This document shows, in pieces, positions 1 through 11,318 of a stretch of DNA of 64,000 nt. The number at the start of each line of letters is the position of its first letter. The stretch's first letter is position 1. Both the position numbers and the translations under genes were made by a program. The notes under the pieces are model-generated. The model was not told where the DNA came from, did not search any database, and worked only from the letters and a program-made list of their open reading frames with translations. The DNA lies in the NCBI RefSeq assembly GCF_006345805.1, contig NC_043005.1, positions 32,922,001 to 32,986,000 of the forward strand, written 5' to 3'. The stretch comes from Octopus sinensis (taxonomy: Eukaryota).

Positions 1-236
1 ATTAGATTATCTAACCAGTATCTATAAACTGTGAATATATGTCAGCAAATATAAACTGAGATATCTGCTAAATGGAATTTTCAGGTTTTATTTCATGTTT
101 CACGAATATACTGTCAGGTTAGGTTACATAATCTACTTCAGGAAAGTATTGTCTTATAGCTAAGCTTTAAAAGTTCAAATTCCGCCATTTTCGTTTTTAC
201 GAGAACCGATAAAAATATGCACTAATATAATTTTAT

Positions 237-1453
237 TATCAGGTCATCCCATAAGTTCTGTGCGAATTTTGAATAAAGAAAACAAGTGACCAAATGTTAT
301 ATTTAATTGAAATTTAAACATCAATGTACTTTCCCTGATTATCTATGACTTACTTCCATCTATTTACAAGCTTTTTAATCCCATCAATGTAAAACTCTTG
401 GTTTCAAAGTGAAGAACTCTGAAATGTCAGTTTCGACCTCCTCCTCGCTTGCGAAAGTTATATCCCCCAAATGATTCTGTAAACTACGAAACAAATGGTA
501 GTCTGAAGGAGCAAGGTCAGGAGAATAAGGTGGATGGGTAATTTTTCCCAACCAAGCCCTTCGATCCTCTGTGATGTGATCTTTGTAGTGTGGTGTCGCG
601 CATTGTCCTGATGAAACTTTACTCCTTTTCGATTCACTAAAGCGGGTCTTTTTTCTCCAAAGCTTGGTTCAAACGCTCTAATTGCTGACTGTAGATTTGA
701 GCATTGATTGTTGCATTGGGTGGCAGCAATTCAAAGTGAATTACTCCTTTGCAATCCCACCAGAGAGAGAGAAGAACCTTTTCCCATGAAGTTCCCTTCT
801 CGGTTGCGGTTGAACTTTTTCCCTTTTACCAAGCCACTGTTTACGACGTTTAACATTTCGATAGAAGATCCATTTTTCGTCACTAGTCACAGGTCTATCC
901 AAAAAGGGGGAAATGAGTTCGCGAGAATGGAGAGATAGGCAGATGTTAACTCGGTGTCTGCGGTTGTTTTCGAACAATTCACGAGGCACCCATTTTCCAA
1001 GTTTAGGAACCTTTCCAAGTTGTTGAAGATGACTATGAACAGTTGTATGGTTTGAACTAAGCTTTATTGCCAATTCTTCAACTGATAATGCAGGATTTTC
1101 TTCAAGTAATGCCTCAAGGAGCTTATCATTAAACTCAACTGTTCGATCTTCATCATCAAGGCTGAAATCTCAACTTCTGCAAGTTCTTTCATTCAAGCAT
1201 TCTTTCCCATAAACTGAGTGTATCTTTCGAATCGCTTCGGCTGCAATTTCCTTTTTTGTACTCATAAAGCATTATGCGCCTTAAATGCTCTATGGATACT
1301 TCCATGTTAGAAAGGGTTTTAATCAAAGACATTTTAATTCTATTAATGCATAAAAAAAATTTTTAATTCCATTAGACATTCCAAAATACTATTAAATTCC
1401 ATTCAATTTAAAAAAAAGGTAAAATCGGACAGAACTTATGGAATGACATGATA
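237..1453 (-). mobile_element. mariner DNA transposon, full length with both TIRs, transposase decayed
   Basis: Inverted termini tatcaggtcatcccataagttctgtgcgaatttt (237-270) and aaaatcggacagaacttatggaatgacatgata (1421-1453) with terminal TA. Minus-strand frames give MEVSIEHLRRIMLYEYKKG (ATG 1305), WVPREL, FLDRPVTSDEKW, HQDNAR and HPPYSPDLAPSDYHLF, with frameshifts. Confidence 0.95.
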
Positions 1454-1544
1454 GTTTACATAGTCTTCCCCCTTCAAGAAACAAACATTCTGCTTTGACG
1501 TTCCAACACAATATTGGAATATTCTTTTTCTTCTTTTTGTTGTT

Positions 1545-1705
1545 TTCAGACATTAGACTGCACCCATATTACAGCACCGCTTTCAAGGATATCAAAGGTA
1601 TAGTCGTTTATATCGAAACTAGCATTTTATTGGTACCTAATTTAGTGAATCCGGAAGGCTGAATGACAAAGTTAACCCAGGAAGGATTTGAAGAACGCAG
1701 AACAT
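1545..1705 (-). mobile_element. degenerate SINE: SINE-A body with LINE-like 3' tail
   Basis: Reverse complement has a decayed actttgcctttcatccttccggggtcgataaattaggtacc-like body followed by gcggtgc...gcagtctaatgtctgaaa. Confidence 0.6.
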
Positions 1706-1784
1706 TAATAAACACGACTATACACGACAAAGTACGGCACTCTAACAATTCTGCCATTTTCTAACGGTAAATTTTCTATGAGTA

Positions 1785-1788
<4 letters not shown>

Positions 1789-1859
<71 letters not shown>

Positions 1860-1862
1860 TAT
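1789..1862. repeat. (TA)n microsatellite; one of dozens, others include 2258-2405, 3888-3968 and 23021-23095
   Basis: Direct reading. Confidence 0.98.
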
Positions 1863-2257
1863 TGTGCCAAATTTTGGCATTGTAAGCTACACCAATGCTA
1901 GAACGGGACGACACTGCATAGTGCCAAAGATCCCAGCAATGCCATCACGCTTCAGGACCAGCTTCTGCAACAGCATGGGTTTCAAGGGCCCACAGCTTTT
2001 TAATATTCTCCCAAAGAGTCTGAGGAACTTGCACAAAGTAGATGTAGCGGTTTTTAAATCAAAGCTGGACATCTTCCTGTCAAGAGTCCCAGATGAACCT
2101 ATCTCACGGCAAGAGGTGCAAATGAGAGTAGCTGTATCAAACTCCATTCTTCACCAAGTGCCACATATTAGACGAGGTTCGTCGTAATAACAGTCTAGCA
2201 CAAAACGGCGGTGCATCAGCATGGCCGCAGCTCTGAGCTGAAACTAGAAAAAAAAAT
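1863..2257 (+). mobile_element. 3' end of a CR1/L2-type LINE (post-RT C-terminus, 3' UTR, A tail)
   Basis: ORF 1864-2187 VPNFGI...GPQLFNILPKSLRNL...FKSKLDIFLSRVPDEP is homologous to the longer copy at 49910-51198. Tail ggcggtgcatcagcatggccgcagctctgagctgaaactag followed by an A run. Confidence 0.9.
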
Positions 2258-2286
2258 ATATATATCTATATCTATATATATATATA

Positions 2287-2401
<115 letters not shown>

Positions 2402-2633
2402 ATATACAGTCAATTCCTCTTAATTGTATATCATTGATTCCCCCAAAAATTATGCAATTAACCGGAGTGTGCAATTAAAAATATCTCATTGTCGGATACA
2501 AATTCCGTGATATGAAATATCGTCAATTGTAATATGACTGCCGTTACACATATATGAATGCTAATATAAAGGTATGTTGATGTAAAGATTTTTAATATAT
2601 TTCACCCAGTCTCATCAATTATTTAATTGATTG

Positions 2634-2634
<1 letters not shown>

Positions 2635-2721
<87 letters not shown>

Positions 2722-2727
2722 CGCGCG
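2635..2727. repeat. (TG)n microsatellite
   Basis: Direct reading. Confidence 0.98.
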
Positions 2728-2949
2728 CGTGTGTATCCATACAATAATCGTTTGACTTCAGCCCTACCAGGTATTTCAGCTTCCAAGATATTCCTCAATT
2801 AAGCAAAATTAGCCAAATACAGACTGAGAAAAATTTTCATAAATTTTAAATTAATGATACTACGCTTTGATCTTTGCCAAAGAGTCTTTGTAAAACATAA
2901 AATTATGAAGGTTAAGAAACATTTAATTGGCTAATTAATTGGTAATCGA

Positions 2950-3800
2950 TAGGGAATCAATAAATAAATATCTATTAAATGTTTGCTTAAAAACCTGTCG
3001 TTTTACAGATTTTATCTTCGATGAAGATCTATTTTGTGAAGAAATTTGTTTTACAATTAAAAAAAAACAGTCAGAAGAAATTATATCGGAATCTGAATTT
3101 CGAGAGTTTTTTGGAATAATAAGAATAACTTTAATATATATTCGATGGTCTATAAGCAGAAGGTAATGACTTCTGGCGTTTTAGCTGAAAGTCCCAGGTA
3201 CACTTATTTCATACCAAGATAAGTTTTCAATATTGAAACTAATTTTCGCCAGTTTTTCACTCGAAAAAAAAATATATATTCAATAAACTGACTTAATTTG
3301 CATTTGTAATTAACCAATCAATTTTACTATACACACATTTAACGCTTATTGTGTAAGTAACCAATTTATGCATAATCCAGTATGCAATTAAGCAGAATCA
3401 ACTGTACCACAACACAGAGCGGTTTTTGGCAGCCAGGTCATTGTTCTCATAAATTCTATTCCGTTTGAAATTAAGGAATCTTCTAAATTATCACTATATT
3501 GTTGATCTAAGACTACTGGCAAAGTACAGATGGAAGAGCTCAAACAAATTGCTGTAGTGTATTTTGCAATGCTCCTTATATGCGGCAGTCGAAATACACA
3601 CATTTAAAAGCTTTTGTAAAATTACTTGACGCAGATATGACCGACTACGAAAGCCAAAAGAAGAGTACGTTATAAGAATTTTGAATCCGAAACCGAACTG
3701 GAAATAGCTAACTCCATTACACAAAAACAAAATAACATCCTCTATATGCATTGGCCCGGAATGCGTGTGTTTCAAAAGTTGAAAAACAAAATACACGCTA
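2950..3800 (+). mobile_element. possible heavily decayed piggyBac-like transposase relic
   Basis: Colinear weak motifs across frames: FIFDEDLF...EFREFFGII, DFW, ESTVP, NSIPF. These resemble the PGBD motifs FFDE..., FFGIL, DYW, DESMVP and KPIRFG. No TTAA or TIR found. Confidence 0.35.
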
Positions 3801-3900
3801 CACACAAACTTATTCCATAAAGATTAATGACATTCTGTTAAAGAATATTTTAAAATAGCAAATAATTTTTAAAAAATATTTTCCTAATTATATATATATA

Positions 3901-3945
<45 letters not shown>

Positions 3946-4750
3946 ATATAATATATATATATATATATGGCTGGTTATTTGACTGGATGGTTAAACCTGG
4001 GGGAAAATACCAAGTAAATACCACACGATATTTATCCCGACTTTTTGGGTTCAAATCCGCCCGAGGTCAACTTTGCCTTTCATCTTTACGATGTTGATAA
4101 AAGAGGCTTCAGGCGAAGCACTGGAGTAGAATTAATCGACTATACTCTAAAGGACTTAATACATGAGTTAGAAATCAATATGTGCGTGGGTGAGGAAAGG
4201 GCATAGGGGATCTAGATTCTGGGTACCTTGATGCCACTGTTAATGTAATGCCAAAAAGGTTGGGAGAGTTCTAGCTTAACACACGCACCAACGGCATACG
4301 TTTCGCATTTAGTAATAATCGTTTAATTGGTGGCGAGGTTAAGTGAGTGCTTCTACCACATAACTTGAGTAATAGCCATTGTGTATAGGCAGAATGAGGT
4401 TGTGTACCACACCTCTCACTCTGTATCAACAACAATCTGTCTGTCAGTCTATATGTCTGTCCTCAGGGTCGCTCTTATCACGGCTGTATACTTTGGGTGT
4501 TATTTTATATGTGTATACACATCTGTGGCTATCAATATCAATGTGTGAGCGGAAACATGCATGTGTGTGTATATGTGTACCTCTATATATACATGCCTGT
4601 ATATGCAGGGCGACGTGTATACGTATGTGTGTGTGTGTGTGCGTCTATCTGTATACATATGATTATACACACAAGCACGCACGCAGACTAACACACACAC
4701 ACACACACAAATATATACATACATACATACATATATACATATATATATAC

Positions 4751-4799
<49 letters not shown>

Positions 4800-5510
4800 A
4801 TAGGGTGAAGTCTGAGTGTTTCTGTGTAAGTGTATGTGTATTCGTGTATGTGTATGCTGATGTGCATATCTGTACTTTCGTGTACAATGTACTTCAGTGT
4901 ATCAAGATGTCTGTATCTACGTATATATATATATCTCATGGTATGCGTGTGTTTGTGTGTGTGTATGTGTTTTTGCTAAATAATTCTCTGCACTCATGTC
5001 ACTTTATATCTAAGCAGAAATTATAAACAAATATTTTAAACATCCCATCGCGCACGTGCATATGTGTAACCAGGTGTAGGTGATTCCCTGTGTGTGTGTG
5101 TGTGTGTGTAAATGAAGGTGTGCGGTGAGAAGGAGGTAGCTGCGTGCATCTGTTTATTAGAGGCAGAGTGCATGTGTTTATGAAAGGCAGCGGTAAGCAG
5201 AGAAATATTTCTATCAACAGGAAGTACAGTATTCCACAGTTGGGCTAGTCTTCTGATGACTAGGTGTGTGTGTATGTATGTGTGCGTGGGTGTGTGTGTG
5301 CGCGTCTGCGTGCGTGTATAGTATATATGTAAACACGCATAATTATATATGCTATAGATATTATAATCATATATTTGTGTATGTTTCTCTGTGTGTACGT
5401 CTACACATGTAAACGTACAAACACACACACACACACACTAACACACATATACATACAGCCATATATACAAGTATATATACATAATATATACATACATACA
5501 TATATATATT

Positions 5511-5541
<31 letters not shown>

Positions 5542-5542
5542 T

Positions 5543-5617
<75 letters not shown>

Positions 5618-5632
5618 TTATATACAAGAGAA

Positions 5633-6370
5633 GCTTGGATTTAGTCATTCTACCATTCATCGATACCTGCGTGTCATCGAAAAAGTCAGCAAATTGGGTC
5701 AATGTGTTCCTCACAAACTTCCCGAGTCTAATCGCGAGCAGAAGGTGAATGTGTGGGCTTCTTTGTTGTCACGTTTCACGAATGAACCACTTTTAGACCG
5801 AATAGTGACTGATGACGAGAAATAGATATGAAAGTGTCAAGCGCCGAAGACAGTGCGTAGGGAAAGGAGAAACATCAGTACCCTAGGCGAGAGAAAGTCT
5901 TCATCCAGTTAAGGTGTTGCTATATGTTTGATGAGATATGAAAAATTTAGTCCACTTTGAACTTTTAAATCCAAACCAAACGATAAGAAGAGAGATCTAC
6001 TGCGAACAGCTTGAGCGGCTTAAATCAGCGCTAGACCATCAAGCGACTATCTTTGGTTTCAAGACGAAAAGTACTCTTCCATCAGGATAATGCTCGGCTA
6101 CATACAGCCGAAAACAATACCACACCCACTATATTCGCCGGACATCCCCCCATCTGATTATGATTTATTCCGCAGTCTTCAAAATTATTTGGGAGGAAAA
6201 AATATGAATTATGTAGACGAGTTCAGAACAGTACTGGAAGAGTATTTTTCGTGACGGACAAGTGAATTTTGGAAGAGGTCCTTGCAAGTCTACCAGATAG
6301 ATAGAAGATAGAAAATGAAAGAAAGTATATTAGATTATAAAAGAACTCTTTATCTAAATCTTGAAAAGAA
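5633..6370 (+). mobile_element. mariner fragment, 5' truncated (same family as 28151-28836)
   Basis: EKLGFSHSTIHRYL, CVPHKL, LLDRIVTDDEK, HQDNAR and YSPDIPPSDYDLFRSLQNYL, with stops and frameshifts. Confidence 0.9.
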
Positions 6371-6529
6371 AAAGTATATATATATAATATATATATTGAT
6401 AAAAATGGCAAGACAACAAAAGAATGAAAGAGACCTCGATATTACGTAAATAGTGGAATTTATCTGTGAGTTTTATCATGGCTACCGAATAATTGTCACA
6501 TATTTCATTTACATATATATATATATGTA

Positions 6530-6606
<77 letters not shown>

Positions 6607-6664
6607 AGCAGCTCAGTAATATAAGCGTTTTCATTATAACATACATTAACTATGTAATATTGAT

Positions 6665-6866
6665 TTCAAATTTAGGTACCAAGCCACCAATTTCGGCGGA
6701 GTGGATAAGTCAATTTCATCGACCCCAGTGCTGAACAGGTACGTCCGAAAGGACGAAAAAGGTAAAATCGACTTCGGCGGAATTTGGACTCGGGACGTAA
6801 AGGCGGACGAAATACCGCTAAGAATTTTGTCCGGCGTCACAGTGATTTTTCCAGCTCTCCGCCTTA
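6665..6866 (-). mobile_element. tRNA-derived SINE (SINE-A)
   Basis: Matches the copies at 14647, 18167, 18388 and 40011: head ggcggcgagctggcagaa, B-box-like gttcaaattcc, body gcctttcatcctttcggggtcgataaa. Confidence 0.85.
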
Positions 6867-6895
6867 ATTAACCATGTAATATTCATAGTGCTTAT

Positions 6896-7160
6896 AGGCG
6901 TAGGTGTGGTTGTGTGGTAAGAAACTTGCTTCCCAACCACATGGTTCCGGATTTAGTCCCACTGTATGGTACCTTGGGCATATATGTATACGTGTGTGTC
7001 TGCGTCTTCGTGTCTGTGTTTATCTCCCATCACAATCCGTCGCCGTCGTAGGATTACACAATGTTGCTAGATGAGTTGACTGGAGCAACGTGAAATGTTT
7101 TGCTCAAGAAAACAACGCATCGCCCGGTACAGGAATCGAAACCACAATATTACGATCATG
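6896..7160. mobile_element. SINE-B head (+, 6896-7035) abutting a fragment of a third tRNA-SINE (-, about 7075-7160)
   Basis: ggcgtaggtgtggttgtgtggtaag...catggttccggatttagtccc, then ttgctcaagaaaacaacgc...ggaatcgaaaccac (reverse B box). Confidence 0.65.
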
Positions 7161-7171
7161 GGTGCAACACA

Positions 7172-7216
<45 letters not shown>

Positions 7217-7437
7217 ACACATCTATACGTAATTAAATACATACATATACACCATGCACACGCACATGCAAATATATATATATATATATACACACATACA
7301 TGCATACATGCATACATGCATACATACATACATACATACATACATACATACATACATACATACATACATACATACATACATACATACATACATGGGTATG
7401 TACCGATGCGCTTACGCAGATCTTTATATGTATGTGT

Positions 7438-7850
7438 TTAGATAGGATACAAAATAGGGAGTGAAGTGGAGGAAAGAAAATAGATGTAAGATATGTAGGG
7501 ATGGGTCCTTCCAAATATAGAGTTTATACACAATGTAAGATTCCAATACGTTATGAATGAGATCCAGCAGTTGGATTTTGCTCATAAGGTATTGGAATCT
7601 TACATATATACCATTCTGTCTAAAAAATGGATCTACAAATTCAATATCCCTACATAGCTTACATCTATCTTCTTTCCTCCACCTCACTCTCTATTTTGTA
7701 TCCTATCTAAATTAACTGTTACTTAACCGACTCCGACTCCGATGAAAGGATATAATTAATAAATATACTGGAAACAGCTGTAAGACCTTTTATCTATAAA
7801 TGTTCTATCTAAACAGCCTTGGTTTTTTATTTCATTACGCAAAAAATTCT
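7438..7850 (+). mobile_element. Penelope-like terminal repeat with inverted (fold-back) 5' part; homologous to 24340-24660
   Basis: 7438-7503 is the reverse complement of 7646-7712 (about 66 bp, few mismatches). An inner 23-bp inverted pair starts at 7534. 7586-7830 aligns with 24404-24655. Confidence 0.7.
7733..7787 (+). ncRNA. minimal type-I hammerhead ribozyme motif (U4C variant, partly decayed)
   Basis: GACT-CCGATGA-A-AGGATAT-aattaataa-ATATACT-G-GAAAC-AGCT-GTA-AGAC. Confidence 0.6.
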
Positions 7851-7866
7851 TATATATATATATATA

Positions 7867-9125
7867 CAGAGGTTGGACAAAATAATGGAAGCACCTTAAA
7901 ATTTCAAACAAATCTATTTTAGCATGGGGTAGGACTACCTTTAGCAGTAATTACAGCTTGATTTCTACGAGGTATGGACTCGTACAAAGTTTGAATTGTT
8001 TCCAAAAGAATTTGTATCCATTCTTCAGCTAAAAAAGTCTCCAGTTCTTGTAGTGATGATGGTGGACATTATCGACTCCCTACTTGTTTTTCTAAAATGC
8101 TCCATAAATGTTCAATAATATTGAGATCTGGGGACTGTGGTGGCCAGATAAGATGTCCAACTTCATTATAATGTTCTTCGTGCCAATCAGTAACAACTTT
8201 AGCTATGTGAATTGGTGCAGTATCACCCTGAAAGATTGTGTTTCCCTCCGGAAACAGTTCCGCATGATGAATTTGATCACATAAAATGCTTAAATAGTTT
8301 TGACTATCAATTCTGCCATGAAAGGAAACCTGTGGATTTCCAAAATATACCCCTCACCCCACCGCAGATCATCACAGGTCCTCCCTCACGTTTAACAGTG
8401 GGAAGAAGGCTGTTTGGGTCAAATGCTTCTTTTGGCTGTCTCCATACGTATACTCGGCCAGTGGTTGGAAATAAAGTAAAGGATGACTCAACCGAGAAAA
8501 TAACATTCTTCCACTGCTCTAGGGACGAATTTTGGAGGTTTTTACTCCACTCTAAATGCTTTGTAGCGTTTTTTTTTTTAAAGTAGTGGTTTTCTGATTG
8601 CAGCCCTCTCGTGAAATCCGGCTTTGTGCAGTTACCGGCGAACAGTTTTTATGGAAACTGGGTTCTCAAGGTGGTCATTAAGCTCTGCAGTAATTTTGGG
8701 TGCTGTACTTTTGTGATCCTTTCTAACAATTAGCGTAAGTGTCCGGCTGAAAGTTATGGTTTTCTTCCGGAGTTTTGTTCCGACGAGGAGGTTTTTCCCT
8801 CTTTCTCAAAGGCTGTCATTACTTTCAAGACAGTACTTCTTGATACACCAAACATTTCGGCTGTGTTCGCTGTGCTAGCGCCTACTGTACGAGTACCAAC
8901 AATATGACCTCTTTGAAAGTCAGATAGATCTGTCATTTTAATGAATTTTAATTACTTTTTTCTGATGATATCTGAGAAGAAACTGCAATTTTACCAAAAC
9001 ATATTAAGCAACACTAATAATAAATCAAAAAACATAAAAATAAATACGCTTTTGACGCTTTTATAGATATTTCAAAATTATGATGGCATGACGCTAGGTG
9101 TTTTCATTATTTTGTTCAACCCCTG
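7867..9125 (-). mobile_element. Tc1-family transposon, full length, TA flanks, transposase decayed
   Basis: TIRs cagaggttggacaaaataatggaagcacct and aggtgttttcattattttgttcaacccctg. MTDLSDFQRGHIVG...SRSTVLKV (ATG 8936), with DDE-region remnants downstream. Confidence 0.95.
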
Positions 9126-9161
9126 TATATACATACATACATACATACATAAATACATATA

Positions 9162-9241
<80 letters not shown>

Positions 9242-9275
9242 ATAAATATTAGGGAATAAATCCAAACTTACAGGG

Positions 9276-9314
<39 letters not shown>

Positions 9315-9820
9315 ATAATAATTAATGGTAATTAATCAATTAATAATTGATAAATTTTCCAAGTACTTCGGTATATATAAGAACAATTATAGGTAAACGT
9401 ACACGAAAATTCTATAATTATGAGCATTTAAACTGCAATTTCTAAAATTCGGTATGTGGTGAAGCAAATTTTTTCTGAACCTTAATTATAATTATGCTCA
9501 TAATTATAGAATTTATATATATATATAAATCTTTTCAGTGTGCTCTGTTTAAAATTTTTTAAAAGAAAAAAGTAAGTGACATCAATTTATATTTGACCTT
9601 TGCTGTGTGAAAGATCAAATTCTGTTGTTTGTAAGCAATCTTTCGTGAACCCTGAGAGAACGAAAACCAGCCTTATTCACGAAGAATCTAGATTGGTCAC
9701 TAGGAAAACTTAGAACAATATAATTTGTGAACTGAATTTAATAGAATTGTTAAACACTTTAGTTTCAAATAATGACTGCCCCCTAAACAATAACAATTGA
9801 CTGACCCCCTAAACAATAAC

Positions 9821-10257
9821 CCGCATGGTTCTTGGTCTCAAGCATCTGTCTTATGAAGAAAGGCTGAAGACGCTCGACCTTTATTCTCTAGAAAAACGAC
9901 GACGCCGTGGTGATCTCATTCTTGCTCACAACATCATAAGCGGAAAGTGTAACCCCTCGAAAGAGCTGTTCTTCACTCCTGCTCCAGAGCGTCGGCTGCG
10001 GGGTCACTCCGAAAAGTTCTATCTGCGACGATTTCATCTCAATCGAAGGAGAGGGGCTTTCTCCGTCCGGGTTGCGGATCCGTGGAATAAGCTGCCGGAC
10101 GAGATAGTGAAGATGCCGACGACCGCTCGGTTCAAAGTCTCTTGACCAGAAATGGCCTGAACTCTTTACATGAATACCCTCCCTGTACATAACTCTATGT
10201 CCCCCTACATGGCCTTGCTTTTTGCTTTTTGAGCCAAAAAATAAACTTAACTTAATT
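9821..10257 (+). mobile_element. 3' end of a CR1-type LINE (second family) with AACTT-type tail
   Basis: ORF 9825-10145 LSYEERLKTLDLYSLEKRRRRGDLI...LRGHSEK...FSVRVADPWNKLP, a typical CR1 post-RT segment. Ends aaataaacttaacttaattt. Confidence 0.9.
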
Positions 10258-10854
10258 TCCCACTACATTTCTGTCAACCCATGCGCTACAAATCCATACT
10301 TAAGAGACGAGGAATTATGTACATTATTTACATTAAGTTTTTGATGGAGTTTCTCTATATGTTTCTATTGAAGTCTAATGTCGGCTCCGTACCGATTAGA
10401 TAATACCCATACTTGCCTGTTATCCGTTTCTATCCTCTGTTCCTAATAACACTTTCTCTTGCCCATCTACACTACACTTGATTCTAATTTATATTAATTC
10501 ACCAACCGTAGAACCAAAGCGACGATGGTGACGAACTAACCAAAACTCCGAGGTCATTGTGAACTCTCACTTTGTAAAATTAATAAATTAGTACACACAT
10601 ATGCTTATGCATGTGGGTGCATTCTGAACCGAACCGGGGGCAAGTTGAATAGTTTGTCCATGACTATATGGAAAATTGTGTAAAAATCATTTGTTAGTAT
10701 GCTCGAACGATGTATGCGAAGGAATAAATTCAAATATGAATAAGAAGCAGCGCGTGTGTTGTTAACATTATTGAACACACATACACAATGAATATGTTTT
10801 TCTGGTTCACTAGTCGGCTGCGATTTGATGCAGTGGAGGTAACCCTCTCGAAGC

Positions 10855-10910
<56 letters not shown>

Positions 10911-11169
10911 TGCTTGCTGTATACCTAGCTATAATAAAAACAATTCAACATAAAACTGAATAAATAATTATCAACACATTTTGTAGAGTAAATGTTCATT
11001 AAACATTTACAAGAAGATGGTTGACAGTGACTTTAAAGTTTGTTTAAGAGACCATAAGTCGGGGAAAAGATGCACTCGTATATCTGCCTATAGAGTGGGT
11101 ATATTATCCGAAATAAGAAGAAACATGGCAGAATATTTGCTAAACAGCAGAGAAGACCACTACGCCATA

Positions 11170-11233
11170 TGGCGTAGTGGTTAAGAACGCGGCCTGCTAA
11201 CCCCAAAATCCAGAGTTCGATTCCAGGCAGTGA

Positions 11234-11237
<4 letters not shown>
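11170..11237 (+). mobile_element. tRNA-like Pol III head followed directly by (AAT)n (short SINE or tRNA pseudogene)
   Basis: A box TGGCGTAGTGG (11170-11180) and B box GAGTTCGATTCC (11213-11224). No acceptor-stem closure or CCA seen. Confidence 0.7.
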
Positions 11238-11274
<37 letters not shown>

Positions 11275-11318
11275 TAATAATAATAATAATAATAAAATAA
11301 TAATAATAATAATAATAA

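Noticed and set aside
4379-5714. Long ORFs made of YI, CV, HT and MYVC repeats (also 21430-22652, 26340-27997, 30462-31358, 43699-44189, 53269-54345)
   Set aside because: These are translations of (TA)n, (CA)n and (TACA)n microsatellites that happen to lack stop codons; there is no coding signal.
10605-10859. 84-aa ORF in non-repetitive sequence
   Set aside because: It has no recognisable motif, its start lies against a (TA)n tract, and its length is within chance expectation.
11170-11237. Functional tRNA gene
   Set aside because: A and B boxes are present, but I could not close an acceptor stem or a proper anticodon arm, and the unit runs straight into (AAT)n. Treated as SINE-like.
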